NCBI GenBank assembly: GCA_963675755.2
Contig: CAXXMD010000003.1
Location: 1,568,001 to 1,632,000, forward strand
DNA: 64,000 nucleotides
Origin: a bacterium
GTDB taxonomy: Bacteria; Zhuqueibacterota; Zhuqueibacteria; Residuimicrobiales; Krinioviventaceae
Reading direction: 5' to 3'
In this document: piece after piece, positions 20,880 to 29,959 of the stretch
How the letters are laid out: each line of letters begins with the position of its first letter
Numbering within the stretch: position 1 is the stretch's first letter
Translations under genes and position numbers: made by a program
Notes under the pieces: generated by a model
Seen by the model: only the letters and a program-made list of their open reading frames with translations
Databases searched by the model: none
What the model was told of the DNA's origin: nothing

Positions 20880-21656
20880 TTATAAATTCACCTTTAATAC
20901 ATTATCTGGTAATTTAATATGAAATTCGTTTTTATCAATAGATTTGTTGATTTTCATGCGTTCATAAAAGAGCGACAGACCCTGCTTTTCCAGAGGACGG
21001 TTGATGGATATATGAAAGGGGATACGGGTTCCGTTGACAGATTTAAAATTGCTGAATTTGTGCAAGGCTACCGTTTGTCTGTCCTTGTTAACAATTTCCA
21101 GTTGGGTAATATTGCCAAAAACCGGATGGAAATGATAAAGGTAGACATCATCCCGGTATTTACCGCTTAATCGGATATCGTCTTCGGTTTTGGTCACATT
21201 CCAATCCTGTAGTGATGTCAAAAGTTCACTCCCGGTAACCGTTTGTAATAACTGATCAAAGGTTATGTCCATATCCAGGAATGGGGCCTTGTGTAATGAA
21301 TCAATGTGTCCGCTGTAGCTGAGGTTTTGCATGGGAGAATAGATCATATACCGGCTGCGGTCAGCAAAGAGCATACCCACATCAATACCAAAGGTGGCTT
21401 CAATTTTAAAAAATAAAGAGTCTGGTTTTTTCATAAGAATGTGCGCACTGGCATTATAGCCCTGCATGGGCGATTGAACGGTCATGGTTGCCCAGCCATC
21501 CAGAGATTGAATACGATTGTATTGATTTTGGGTTATCTTTTGTAGCGTGGCAAGATTTATGGTTTTTTCTTTGAATACAGATTGTTGCTTAAACCCTGTA
21601 CATCCTGCAAAGAAAAACAAGAGAATCACCACACCTGTTTTGATTGATGTTTTCAT
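20880..21656 (-). CDS. DUF4292-like (LolA/LolB-fold) lipoprotein
   Basis: Lipobox FAGC; beta-rich; typical position downstream of a TPR lipoprotein. Confidence 0.65.
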   Translation of the reverse strand: MKTSIKTGVVILLFFFAGCTGFKQQSVFKEKTINLATLQKITQNQYNRIQSLDGWATMTVQSPMQGYNASAHILMKKPDSLFFKIEATFGIDVGMLFADRSRYMIYSPMQNLSYSGHIDSLHKAPFLDMDITFDQLLQTVTGSELLTSLQDWNVTKTEDDIRLSGKYRDDVYLYHFHPVFGNITQLEIVNKDRQTVALHKFSNFKSVNGTRIPFHISINRPLEKQGLSLFYERMKINKSIDKNEFHIKLPDNVLKVNL

Positions 21657-21666
21657 ATACGACGTT

Positions 21667-23670
21667 TTATTCGTCATATGCGGGGTGTCCAAGTTTTTCT
21701 TTCAAGTATATACGATCGCCGTCTAAATCAAGGGCTTTTTGCCAATATTCGCGGGCCTTATCCATTCTTTCCATTTTCTCGTAAACATTGCCCAGATGTT
21801 CCATTACCTCTGGGGAATTGGGTTCAAACATGAGAGACTTTTCAATAAAGCTTATAGCTTTTTCATAATCACCCAGGTGAAAATAGATCCAACCCAATGT
21901 GTCAAGAAAGGGGCCGTTTTCAGGATCCGCCTCAAGGGCTTTTTTAGAATAGCCCAATGCCTTTTCAAGGTCTTTGGATTGCAGAGACAGATGATAAGCA
22001 AAGTTGTTGTTGATTATGGGGCTGTCTGGCTGCGCAGTCAGCATCTGTTCATATAGTTGAGAAGATTGCTGAAATTGTCCCAGTTCATCAAGTGTGCCGG
22101 CAAGTGCAAGCAGGGTTTGCATATTATCCGGTTCTTCTTTGAGAGATTTTTGATAATATGGCAATGCGATATCAAATTGTCTGAACTGACTGTAAATACT
22201 TCCCACATAGAAATTGATAGCGGGATGATCAGGGAAGAAACTTAGAGCTGATTTGAAATTGTCCAAGGCTGTATGCATACTGTCCAGCTGCATGTAATTT
22301 AATCCGCGTAACAGCCATAGATGCGGCATATCTTCGCGCATTACAACAGCCTTGTCCAGAAAAGGGCTGGCGGTTTCAAACTTTTGTATATAAAAATAAA
22401 GGCGACCCAATGTTGCGGGTATACGCCAGTCGTCTTGATGCGAGTCCAGCAGGGCTTCACATTGCTGAATGGCCTGAAGAGTATCACCCTTTTCCATCAT
22501 TATGTTTGAAATTTCAATCTGTGCACCCACATAGGTCGTATCATTATCTTTTAACGGTTCGTATAATGATATAGCGTTTTCCCATTCCTGCTGATCCAGA
22601 TAATAGTTTTTAAGCTGCTGACGGATATAGTAAAAAGAATCGTTTACATCCAAAGCATCTTTGTATACCTGTATAGCTTTGGCAGTATCTCCCTGCATTT
22701 TCCATAAAGACGCCAGAGCAAGGTGTGAACGTTCCCGATGGGGATGTTCTTTGATTGTCTGATTATAAATATCAATAGCAGCATCAGTTTGATTGTTTTT
22801 ATAGTACAGGTGACCCAATACCAGCTTGTTGCCCAGATTGGTAGAGTCTTTTTCAATTAATCCTTTATAGAGGTCTATGGCTTCCTGCCAGTCTCCATTT
22901 TTTTCATATAATGCACGCAGTTCAGCTTTGGCGTCGTTGAATCTGGGATTCTGGTTTAATGCTTTTTTGTACCATTCAATTGCACCGAGAGTATCTGCCT
23001 GTACTTTGCGGGTAGCTGCCAGTGCAAGATAGACCTCTTCTTCTTCAGGACTGTCTTCCCAAACGCCCGTATAAATGGCTTCCGCTTCAGTATAGGCACG
23101 GTTTTGGAGAAACATGTAACCTATTTTCATGCGGAATTCCGGATCATCAACTCCCAGGTCTACCATTCTTTGATAAGATACCAAGGCCTCTTTATTTTTT
23201 TGTAAAGCAATTTGCAGAGATGCCAGGTAATAGAGGTTTTCAATGTTGTATGGCGTTATGTTGACAATTTTTTCGTAAACCTGCATTGCCTGATAATATT
23301 TGCTCTCTTGTTCATAGCAGGCAGCGAGCAAGACCAATGCATCAAGATTGTCGGGATCGAGCTGAAGAATTTTGTTGATGATTTTTGTGCTGGTTTTATA
23401 TTCGTTCAACAAATAGTAATTTTGCGCCATTGCATAATAGATACCGGTGGAAGAAGAGTCAAACTCGGCAGCCTGATGGAATTTCAGTAAAGCGTCTTTG
23501 GGACGGCCCACAACATTAGCCAGAGCCCCGTCAATCACCAGGTTCATGGCGTCTTTGTTGTATTCCTGTTTAGGTTCTTCTTTCTTTTTGGTTAAAGCTT
23601 GTTGACTGCTGCACCCCATAAAGAATAGTGCTATAACTATGGATATTGTTATTTTATAAGAATTGTTCAT
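21667..23670 (-). CDS. Tetratricopeptide-repeat lipoprotein
   Basis: Lipobox FMGC; many TPRs; C-terminal NNFAY..FLDTLGWIYF..EHLG. Confidence 0.9.
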   Translation of the reverse strand: MNNSYKITISIVIALFFMGCSSQQALTKKKEEPKQEYNKDAMNLVIDGALANVVGRPKDALLKFHQAAEFDSSSTGIYYAMAQNYYLLNEYKTSTKIINKILQLDPDNLDALVLLAACYEQESKYYQAMQVYEKIVNITPYNIENLYYLASLQIALQKNKEALVSYQRMVDLGVDDPEFRMKIGYMFLQNRAYTEAEAIYTGVWEDSPEEEEVYLALAATRKVQADTLGAIEWYKKALNQNPRFNDAKAELRALYEKNGDWQEAIDLYKGLIEKDSTNLGNKLVLGHLYYKNNQTDAAIDIYNQTIKEHPHRERSHLALASLWKMQGDTAKAIQVYKDALDVNDSFYYIRQQLKNYYLDQQEWENAISLYEPLKDNDTTYVGAQIEISNIMMEKGDTLQAIQQCEALLDSHQDDWRIPATLGRLYFYIQKFETASPFLDKAVVMREDMPHLWLLRGLNYMQLDSMHTALDNFKSALSFFPDHPAINFYVGSIYSQFRQFDIALPYYQKSLKEEPDNMQTLLALAGTLDELGQFQQSSQLYEQMLTAQPDSPIINNNFAYHLSLQSKDLEKALGYSKKALEADPENGPFLDTLGWIYFHLGDYEKAISFIEKSLMFEPNSPEVMEHLGNVYEKMERMDKAREYWQKALDLDGDRIYLKEKLGHPAYDE

Positions 23671-23817
23671 ATGATCCTGATCATTTTGTGTACAATCTAT
23701 AAATATATTATTCTTTTTTCTCTTAAACAAGTGAAAAGTACTATGGTAATCCTACAAAACGCTTGAACTTTTATAATGTTTTCAATACTTTACCTTGGTA
23801 AAATAAAGGAGTATAGC

Positions 23818-24486
23818 ATGAAACACCAAAAGATTATATTGTTTACCACTGCAATTTGTTTCATTTTTTTTGCAATTGTTTTTATTACACCCCGCGCTAT
23901 TCAATCACAGGGCCTTGATACTGAAGAAGTGATTGTAGAGGATGAATATGTTATGGAAGATGTTGCCGCATTATTTTATTACGGCAATGGCGATACCCGT
24001 ATTCATACCTGGGTTAGCGAAGGTGAATCTTTTAAATATTCAGGATCAAATGGCTGGTTCAGCACCAAAAAAGGCGGTTATGAAGGAAATAAACTGCTGC
24101 ATTGTGTTTCCGGTGACTGGAATGCGGATGGATTTACCGATATGGCAGGATTTTATGATTACGGTCAGGGAGTTACCCGCATTCATGTCTGGCTGAATAC
24201 CGGTGGAAACCGGTTCGATTATCAGCATTCCGCTGGTTGGTGGGAAAGCGGCCGTGGTTATGATGCAAAGAATATTGTGGGTGCAACAGCCGGTGATTTT
24301 AACGGTGATGGTTATGATGATATTGCAGGCTTTTATGATTATGGAAACAATGAAACCCGTATTCATGTCTGGTTGAGCAATGGTTCTGACAAGTTTAAAT
24401 ACGAGGGATCACGAGGTTGGTGGGCAGCCAAAGGCTATCCGGCGGCAGGCGTTCAACATATTGTTGGCGGAGAGTTTGGAGATTAA
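23818..24486 (+). CDS. Secreted FG-GAP/VCBS-type repeat protein (three 60-aa repeats)
   Basis: GDWNADGFTD and GDFNGDGYDD Ca-binding loops; repeated YDYG..TRIHVWL..GWW; AAGGAG SD before 23818. Confidence 0.8.
   Translation: MKHQKIILFTTAICFIFFAIVFITPRAIQSQGLDTEEVIVEDEYVMEDVAALFYYGNGDTRIHTWVSEGESFKYSGSNGWFSTKKGGYEGNKLLHCVSGDWNADGFTDMAGFYDYGQGVTRIHVWLNTGGNRFDYQHSAGWWESGRGYDAKNIVGATAGDFNGDGYDDIAGFYDYGNNETRIHVWLSNGSDKFKYEGSRGWWAAKGYPAAGVQHIVGGEFGD
23950..24483 (+). repeat. Intragenic tandem repeat, 180-nt period x3
   Basis: ACCCG(T/C)ATTCAT at 23995, 24175 and 24355. Confidence 0.85.
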
Positions 24487-24542
24487 TAATATTCAGGGTC
24501 ATATTATATGACCCTGTTCTTTAATATACAGAAAAGGAAGTT

Positions 24543-25361
24543 ATGAACGCGGAAGAGAAAAAGATGTTTTCGTCTTGCAAGGCGATTGTTTGTGATCTGG
24601 ATGGAACACTCTATCTTGAAGGAAAACCAGTCCCCGGAGCTATTGACTTTTTGAACCGGGTACTCGAATCCGGAAGAAAGCTTTATTATTTTACCAACAA
24701 CAGTTCAAGTTCACGAGACACTTATCTTGCAAAACTGGACAAGATCGGCTTTCCCTGTGAAGATGAATATTTGATAACATCGGCTGATTGTGCAGACAGT
24801 TATTTAAAACGCAACAAACTGTTTCCTGAAATTTATCTCATTGGTAACCGTGATCTGGTATCTGACTTTACCAAAAGGGGATACCGGTGTATGACAGATA
24901 CAGAAGTTAAAGAAACACTGCCAAAAGCGGTCGTAATGGGATTTGATACAGAATTGAATTATCAGAAACTGTGCACAGGTTATGACCTGATGCTTACAGA
25001 TATACCCTATATTGCAACGCATGCAGACATTCTCTGCCCTGTTACCAAGTCTACTTTTAAACCGGATGTAGGTTCATTTATATCTTTGTTTGAAACCGCT
25101 ACCGGCGGCAGATTACCGCGTGTTGTTGGCAAGCCCCATAAAGAGGCTGTAGAGGCAATAAGTGAACGTGCTGAAATGGATGCACAGGAAATAGCATTTA
25201 TTGGAGACCGATTATATACAGATATACGTATGGCCCAACAGTTTGATATGGTGGGTGTGCTTGTAATGAGCGGAGAAACTACTCCTGAAATGCTTGAAAA
25301 ATCATCCGATCAACCCAAAATCACTGTTTCCAGTGTTTTGGAATTGATCGATGTTTTATAA
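24543..25361 (+). CDS. HAD-IIA (NagD-like) phosphatase
   Basis: DLDGTLY, TNNSS, VGKP, IGDRLYTDI. Confidence 0.92.
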   Translation: MNAEEKKMFSSCKAIVCDLDGTLYLEGKPVPGAIDFLNRVLESGRKLYYFTNNSSSSRDTYLAKLDKIGFPCEDEYLITSADCADSYLKRNKLFPEIYLIGNRDLVSDFTKRGYRCMTDTEVKETLPKAVVMGFDTELNYQKLCTGYDLMLTDIPYIATHADILCPVTKSTFKPDVGSFISLFETATGGRLPRVVGKPHKEAVEAISERAEMDAQEIAFIGDRLYTDIRMAQQFDMVGVLVMSGETTPEMLEKSSDQPKITVSSVLELIDVL

Positions 25362-25946
25362 TCAATTATCTGTACTCATAGCACTGAGAACGCTGGTTTT
25401 GTTGCCAAGCCAGTAATCGACGCCTGACCACAGGGTGCCCATAGATGCCAGAAAAATGATAATAGTAACTGCCGGTATATCAAAGGGACCGTTAATGGTA
25501 GCCGGTAATAACATCATTTTTTGACCAATAACAATCAGCATTACACCCAATATCGCGAGAAATTGAATCCAGGCTTTGATTTTGCCGCTGGTTCTGGCAG
25601 CAACCACAATACCCGATTTAATGGCAAAAACCCGGATAATAGATACAAGTACATCGCGATAAAAGAAAATGGCAATAACCCATACGGGTGCGTATCCTGC
25701 GCTTAAAAAGCACAAAAAGATGGTAAACCTTGAAATGCTGTCAGCAAAAGGATCCATCAATTTACCGAAATCACTAACCATGTCCATCTGTCTTGCCAGT
25801 TTACCATCCAGGAGGTCTGTCAGTTCAGATATTCCAAATAAGATCATAAATACCCATAAAGACCAGACCGAATCGATCATAAAGAACAGCATGAATAATG
25901 GGGTCAGCGCTATTCGGATTATTGTAAGTGTGTTTGGTGTTATCAT
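25362..25946 (-). CDS. pgsA: CDP-diacylglycerol--glycerol-3-phosphate 3-phosphatidyltransferase
   Basis: PNTLTIIR, TDLLDGKLAR..SDFGKLMDPFAD motif, GKIKA. Confidence 0.85.
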   Translation of the reverse strand: MITPNTLTIIRIALTPLFMLFFMIDSVWSLWVFMILFGISELTDLLDGKLARQMDMVSDFGKLMDPFADSISRFTIFLCFLSAGYAPVWVIAIFFYRDVLVSIIRVFAIKSGIVVAARTSGKIKAWIQFLAILGVMLIVIGQKMMLLPATINGPFDIPAVTIIIFLASMGTLWSGVDYWLGNKTSVLSAMSTDN

Positions 25947-26062
25947 GATACCTGCTTTTTCTGATTCATATATTCTTAAAAATAACAAAAATTTAGGCAA
26001 TGAGCAAGTCATTTACTTACAAACCAGACATTTTTATATGTTAACAGCAAAGGAAAATTAAT

Positions 26063-27028
26063 ATGGGCATTACAAGATGGGGCTTGATAGGTTGTGGTGA
26101 TATTGCAAAAAAGAGAATAGCGCCAGCATTACGAGATCTTGAAAATTGTGATTTGGTTGCTGTAAACCGTCAGAATTATGATCTGGCAGAAGCTTTTGCC
26201 AAAGAGTTTGGTGCCCAAAAGTGGTACAAAGACTGGCAAGAATTGTTAAAAGATGATGAGATTGATGCTGTCTATATTGCAACACCCGTGTATTTACATG
26301 CAGAACAGACAATTGCAGCGGCCAAAGCCGGCAAGCATGTGCTTTGTGAAAAACCCATGGCTATGAATGCTGCGGAATGCCAGGCAATGATTGATGCATG
26401 TGAGACAAACGGAGTAAAGTTGGGTGTTGCCTATTACCGGCATTTTTATCCGGTTGTTGATCGGATAAAAGAAATTGTTAACAGCGGAGAGATTGGTGAT
26501 CCGGTTGTTACCCAGATTAATGTGTTTGAAGTGTTTGATCGCAAACCGGGCGAAGCAAGATACTGGTTAACGCAAAAAGATATGGCGGGTGGCGGACCAA
26601 TTATGGATGTTGGTTCCCACCGTATTGAATTGTTATTGAATGTGTTTGGAGAAATTAAAAAGGCTACCGGCTTTGCCAACAATGTTGTTCTGGATCGTGA
26701 TGTTGAAGACACCGGCGTTGTTCAATTCGAGTTCGAGTCTAGTATTGTGGGTGTGTTGACCGTTTGTCATGCGGCTATAGAACCTCAGGATACGTTTAAA
26801 ATTTTTGGAACAAAAGGCACCATTTACGTATCAGTATTAAACAATGGCGATTTAACAGTTAAAACAAAAAAGGGCGTTCGGACGGAAACCCTTCCTCCGC
26901 ACACCAATGTGCACCAACCACATATTGATGCATTTGTAAAATCTATACAGGGAAATGATCCTGTAATAGTGGATGGTATTGCCGGTAAGCGGGTGTCAGA
27001 AATTGAAGATGAAATTTTTGGCCGTTAA
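26063..27028 (+). CDS. Gfo/Idh/MocA family oxidoreductase
   Basis: WGLIGCGDIA, YIATP, HVLCEKP, DVGSH. Confidence 0.92.
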   Translation: MGITRWGLIGCGDIAKKRIAPALRDLENCDLVAVNRQNYDLAEAFAKEFGAQKWYKDWQELLKDDEIDAVYIATPVYLHAEQTIAAAKAGKHVLCEKPMAMNAAECQAMIDACETNGVKLGVAYYRHFYPVVDRIKEIVNSGEIGDPVVTQINVFEVFDRKPGEARYWLTQKDMAGGGPIMDVGSHRIELLLNVFGEIKKATGFANNVVLDRDVEDTGVVQFEFESSIVGVLTVCHAAIEPQDTFKIFGTKGTIYVSVLNNGDLTVKTKKGVRTETLPPHTNVHQPHIDAFVKSIQGNDPVIVDGIAGKRVSEIEDEIFGR

Positions 27029-27093
27029 TGCTGAATATGTTATGGTTTGTGGTGTACTCTGGATAGTTATTATGAAAAATCAGGAGAGCAAGC

Positions 27094-27999
27094 ATGTCGG
27101 TTCTAGACGTTCAACATGTTGAAAAATCGTTCGAAAATGTACGGGCTGTTCAAGACCTGTCGTTTTCGGTACAGGACGGCCAGGTCTTTGGTTTGCTTGG
27201 CCCCAATGGTGCGGGGAAAACCACAACCATCCGTATGATTATGGATATCATTCGTCCGGACAAGGGCGAGATAACCGTTTTTGGCAAATCAAACAATATT
27301 CAAGTACGTGACAGCATTGGCTATCTTCCCGAAGAACGGGGCTTGTACAAAAAGATGAAAGTGTTTGATACCATTTTGTTTTTTGCCGAGATTAAAGGCG
27401 TACCACGCTCAAAATCTACCCCTCTTGCCAGGACGTGGCTTGAAAAACTGGAACTTGAAGAATGGCAGGACAAAAAAGTTGTTGACCTCTCGCGCGGTAT
27501 GCAGCAGAAATTACAGTTTATTTGTACTATCATTCATCAACCCAAACTCATTATTCTGGATGAGCCTTTTACCGGTCTGGATCCTGTAAATACCGGGTTA
27601 TTAAAAGATGTAATGCTTGAATTAAAACAGCAGGGCACTACGATAATTTTTTCAACACATCTGATGGAACAGGTTGAGAAATTGTGTGAATCTATTTGCA
27701 TGATCAACAAGGGACAAAATGTGTTATATGGTAATCTTTTGCAAGTCAAACAAAAATTCGGGCAGAATCGTATACGGCTCAGTTTTGATGGAGAGGCCGC
27801 TTTTTTAAAGGATACCTCGATTGTAGAAAAGTATGACAACTATGGTCAATATGTAGAGTTGACTCCGGCCAATGGGAAAAACAGCCAGGAAATTCTCAAA
27901 ATTGCAGCGGAACAGGTAACGGTTTCAGAATTCAAGATTGCAGAACCCTCACTGAACGAAATATTTATTAAGACGGTCAAAGGGGAGGTAGCATCATGA
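27094..27999 (+). CDS. ABC-2 exporter ATP-binding subunit (NatA/YhaQ-like)
   Basis: GPNGAGKTT, LSRGMQQK, ILDEPFTGLDP, C-terminal EPSLNEIF. Confidence 0.93.
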   Translation: MSVLDVQHVEKSFENVRAVQDLSFSVQDGQVFGLLGPNGAGKTTTIRMIMDIIRPDKGEITVFGKSNNIQVRDSIGYLPEERGLYKKMKVFDTILFFAEIKGVPRSKSTPLARTWLEKLELEEWQDKKVVDLSRGMQQKLQFICTIIHQPKLIILDEPFTGLDPVNTGLLKDVMLELKQQGTTIIFSTHLMEQVEKLCESICMINKGQNVLYGNLLQVKQKFGQNRIRLSFDGEAAFLKDTSIVEKYDNYGQYVELTPANGKNSQEILKIAAEQVTVSEFKIAEPSLNEIFIKTVKGEVAS

Positions 28000-29279
28000 T
28001 GAAAACCTTTGCATTAATCAAACGAGAATATCTGCAAAATGTTAAAACCAAGGGCTTTCTAATTGGTACGGTTTTGATGCCTGTATTGTTGGTGTTACTG
28101 GTATTTATGCCCATGTTTTTTTCAAAGATGGAAGTAGAAAAACAGGTGGAAATATCAGTAATAGATTACACGGATTCCGTTTATGAGGTGTTTGCTCCGG
28201 CGTTAATGGAAACCAAAATGATCCAGGACAATCAATCCATGTATGCTTTGAAAAAGCTGAATGTACCAGTAGAACAATTGTCAGCCCAAAAAGCGGAATT
28301 GGATAAAAAGATTTTATCTGGTGATTTGGATGTATACATCGTAATACCGGATTCTGTTTTTACATCTAACAGTGTGGAATTCTATTCAAAAAACATTACC
28401 AATTTTGATTTTATCTCCCGGGTTGAGCGGTCACTTTCTTCTGTCATTTCTGATTTGAGGTTGAATCAAAGCGGACTAGATCCGGAGCTGGTTGAAACGC
28501 TTACACATCGGGTGAATGCTCAAACCTTCAAGGTTGATAAAACAGGCTCGGAAGAGTCGAGTGGATTTGATACGTTTATGGTCAGTTATGTGATGGTCTT
28601 TATCTTGTACATTGCTTTACTGATGTATGGCCAGTATATTATGCGTGGAATTATTGAAGACAAGAATTCCAGAGTAATGGAGGTGGTCATTTCCTCAGTC
28701 AAGCCCTGGCAGCTGTTAACAGGCAAGGTCATTGGTTTGGGTGCCGGAGGATTGACCCAGTTTCTGATCTGGTCGGTTTCATTTGGATTGATTTCTACCT
28801 ATGGTTTAATGATGGTGCAGATTTTTAATCCCAGTGTTTCCGCAATAGCCATTCCTGCTTTACCGTGGCCGGTTTACATTGCGTTTGTACTTTATTTCAT
28901 GCTGGGTTATTTTTTATACGCTACACTTTTTGCTGCTTTGGGCAGTATGGTAAATACAGAGAGCGAAGCACAAAATCTGCAATGGCCCATTATGATGCTT
29001 ATAATTGTAGCATTTATGGCAATGTTTACCATAATTAAAAGTCCGGATAGTACCCTGGCAATTATTCTGTCTCACATTCCGTTTTTCTCTCCATTGTTAA
29101 TGTTTTTGAGAATTACTTTGAATGCGGCACCGTTATTCGAAGTTTTATTAAATGTTGTGGTTTGTCTGGCTACCATTGCCGGATTGCTTTTAATATCTGG
29201 CAAGATTTTTCGGGTAGGTATCTTGATGTATGGTAAACGCCCAACGTTACCTGAATTGATGAAATGGATTAAATATTAA
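27996..29279 (+). CDS. ABC-2 exporter permease (NatB/YhaP-like)
   Basis: IKREY, EDKNSRVMEVV, IFRVGILMYGK; ATGA overlap with the ATPase. Confidence 0.9.
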   Translation: MMKTFALIKREYLQNVKTKGFLIGTVLMPVLLVLLVFMPMFFSKMEVEKQVEISVIDYTDSVYEVFAPALMETKMIQDNQSMYALKKLNVPVEQLSAQKAELDKKILSGDLDVYIVIPDSVFTSNSVEFYSKNITNFDFISRVERSLSSVISDLRLNQSGLDPELVETLTHRVNAQTFKVDKTGSEESSGFDTFMVSYVMVFILYIALLMYGQYIMRGIIEDKNSRVMEVVISSVKPWQLLTGKVIGLGAGGLTQFLIWSVSFGLISTYGLMMVQIFNPSVSAIAIPALPWPVYIAFVLYFMLGYFLYATLFAALGSMVNTESEAQNLQWPIMMLIIVAFMAMFTIIKSPDSTLAIILSHIPFFSPLLMFLRITLNAAPLFEVLLNVVVCLATIAGLLLISGKIFRVGILMYGKRPTLPELMKWIKY

Positions 29280-29289
29280 GATTTATTAC

Positions 29290-29318
29290 GCAGGCCGGTT
29301 TTAACCGGTCTGCTTTTT
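29290..29318 (+). terminator. Rho-independent terminator
   Basis: GCAGGCCGGTT-TT-AACCGGTCTGC followed by TTTTT. Confidence 0.75.
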
Positions 29319-29871
29319 ATTTAAAGTTGAGACGTATTTTTAACTGTTTGGCTAGGAATGCCGCAATACTGGCTTTTAATATTTCACCCGGAATAAAAAT
29401 AAGAAACCCACTGATCCATACCGTACGAAAAGAGATGGCCTTCATCAACCAGACATTCACTGCCATATAGAGCCAGCAGGATCCCAGGGCCAAAATCAAA
29501 ATACTTGCAATAATATTAATGATGATCATGGAAGACAGGGAATTCCGTATACCGGTACGTGTGTTCAAAAAAGAGATTAGCCATGCGGCAATGGGCAGGC
29601 TCAATAAATACCCAAATGTGGGCTGCAGAATATATCCCAATCCACCTCCGTTGGCAAAAACCGGTAATCCGGCAAGTCCCAATACCAGATATGCTGCCTG
29701 ACTGAGAAACGCGTATCTGGGTAACAGCATGCACCCGGCTAATAACGTGAACAAGGTCTGAAGTGTAATAGGTGCCAGAGGAAAAGGAATGCGTATAAAC
29801 GCGCCCGCAGAAGTAAGTGCGGTTAATAATGAAGCAAACAATAACTGACGGGATATGTTGGATATAATCAA
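29317..29871 (-). CDS. bioY: Biotin transporter BioY
   Basis: PITLQT, YLVLGLAGLPVFA, PTFGYL, FIPGEILK; start codon uncertain. Confidence 0.9.
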   Translation of the reverse strand: MIISNISRQLLFASLLTALTSAGAFIRIPFPLAPITLQTLFTLLAGCMLLPRYAFLSQAAYLVLGLAGLPVFANGGGLGYILQPTFGYLLSLPIAAWLISFLNTRTGIRNSLSSMIIINIIASILILALGSCWLYMAVNVWLMKAISFRTVWISGFLIFIPGEILKASIAAFLAKQLKIRLNFK

Positions 29872-29959
29872 GAAAAGACCTGTTTTTATTTTCTACTTGC
29901 TTTTTCAACAAGACCTGTCTAAATTCGCACGTTAGCGAATACGCAAAATCTGGAAGAAA

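Noticed and set aside
24543-25946. HAD phosphatase abutting pgsA as a possible PGP phosphatase
   Set aside because: Genes are convergent and NagD-like HADs are promiscuous; no sequence support for the link
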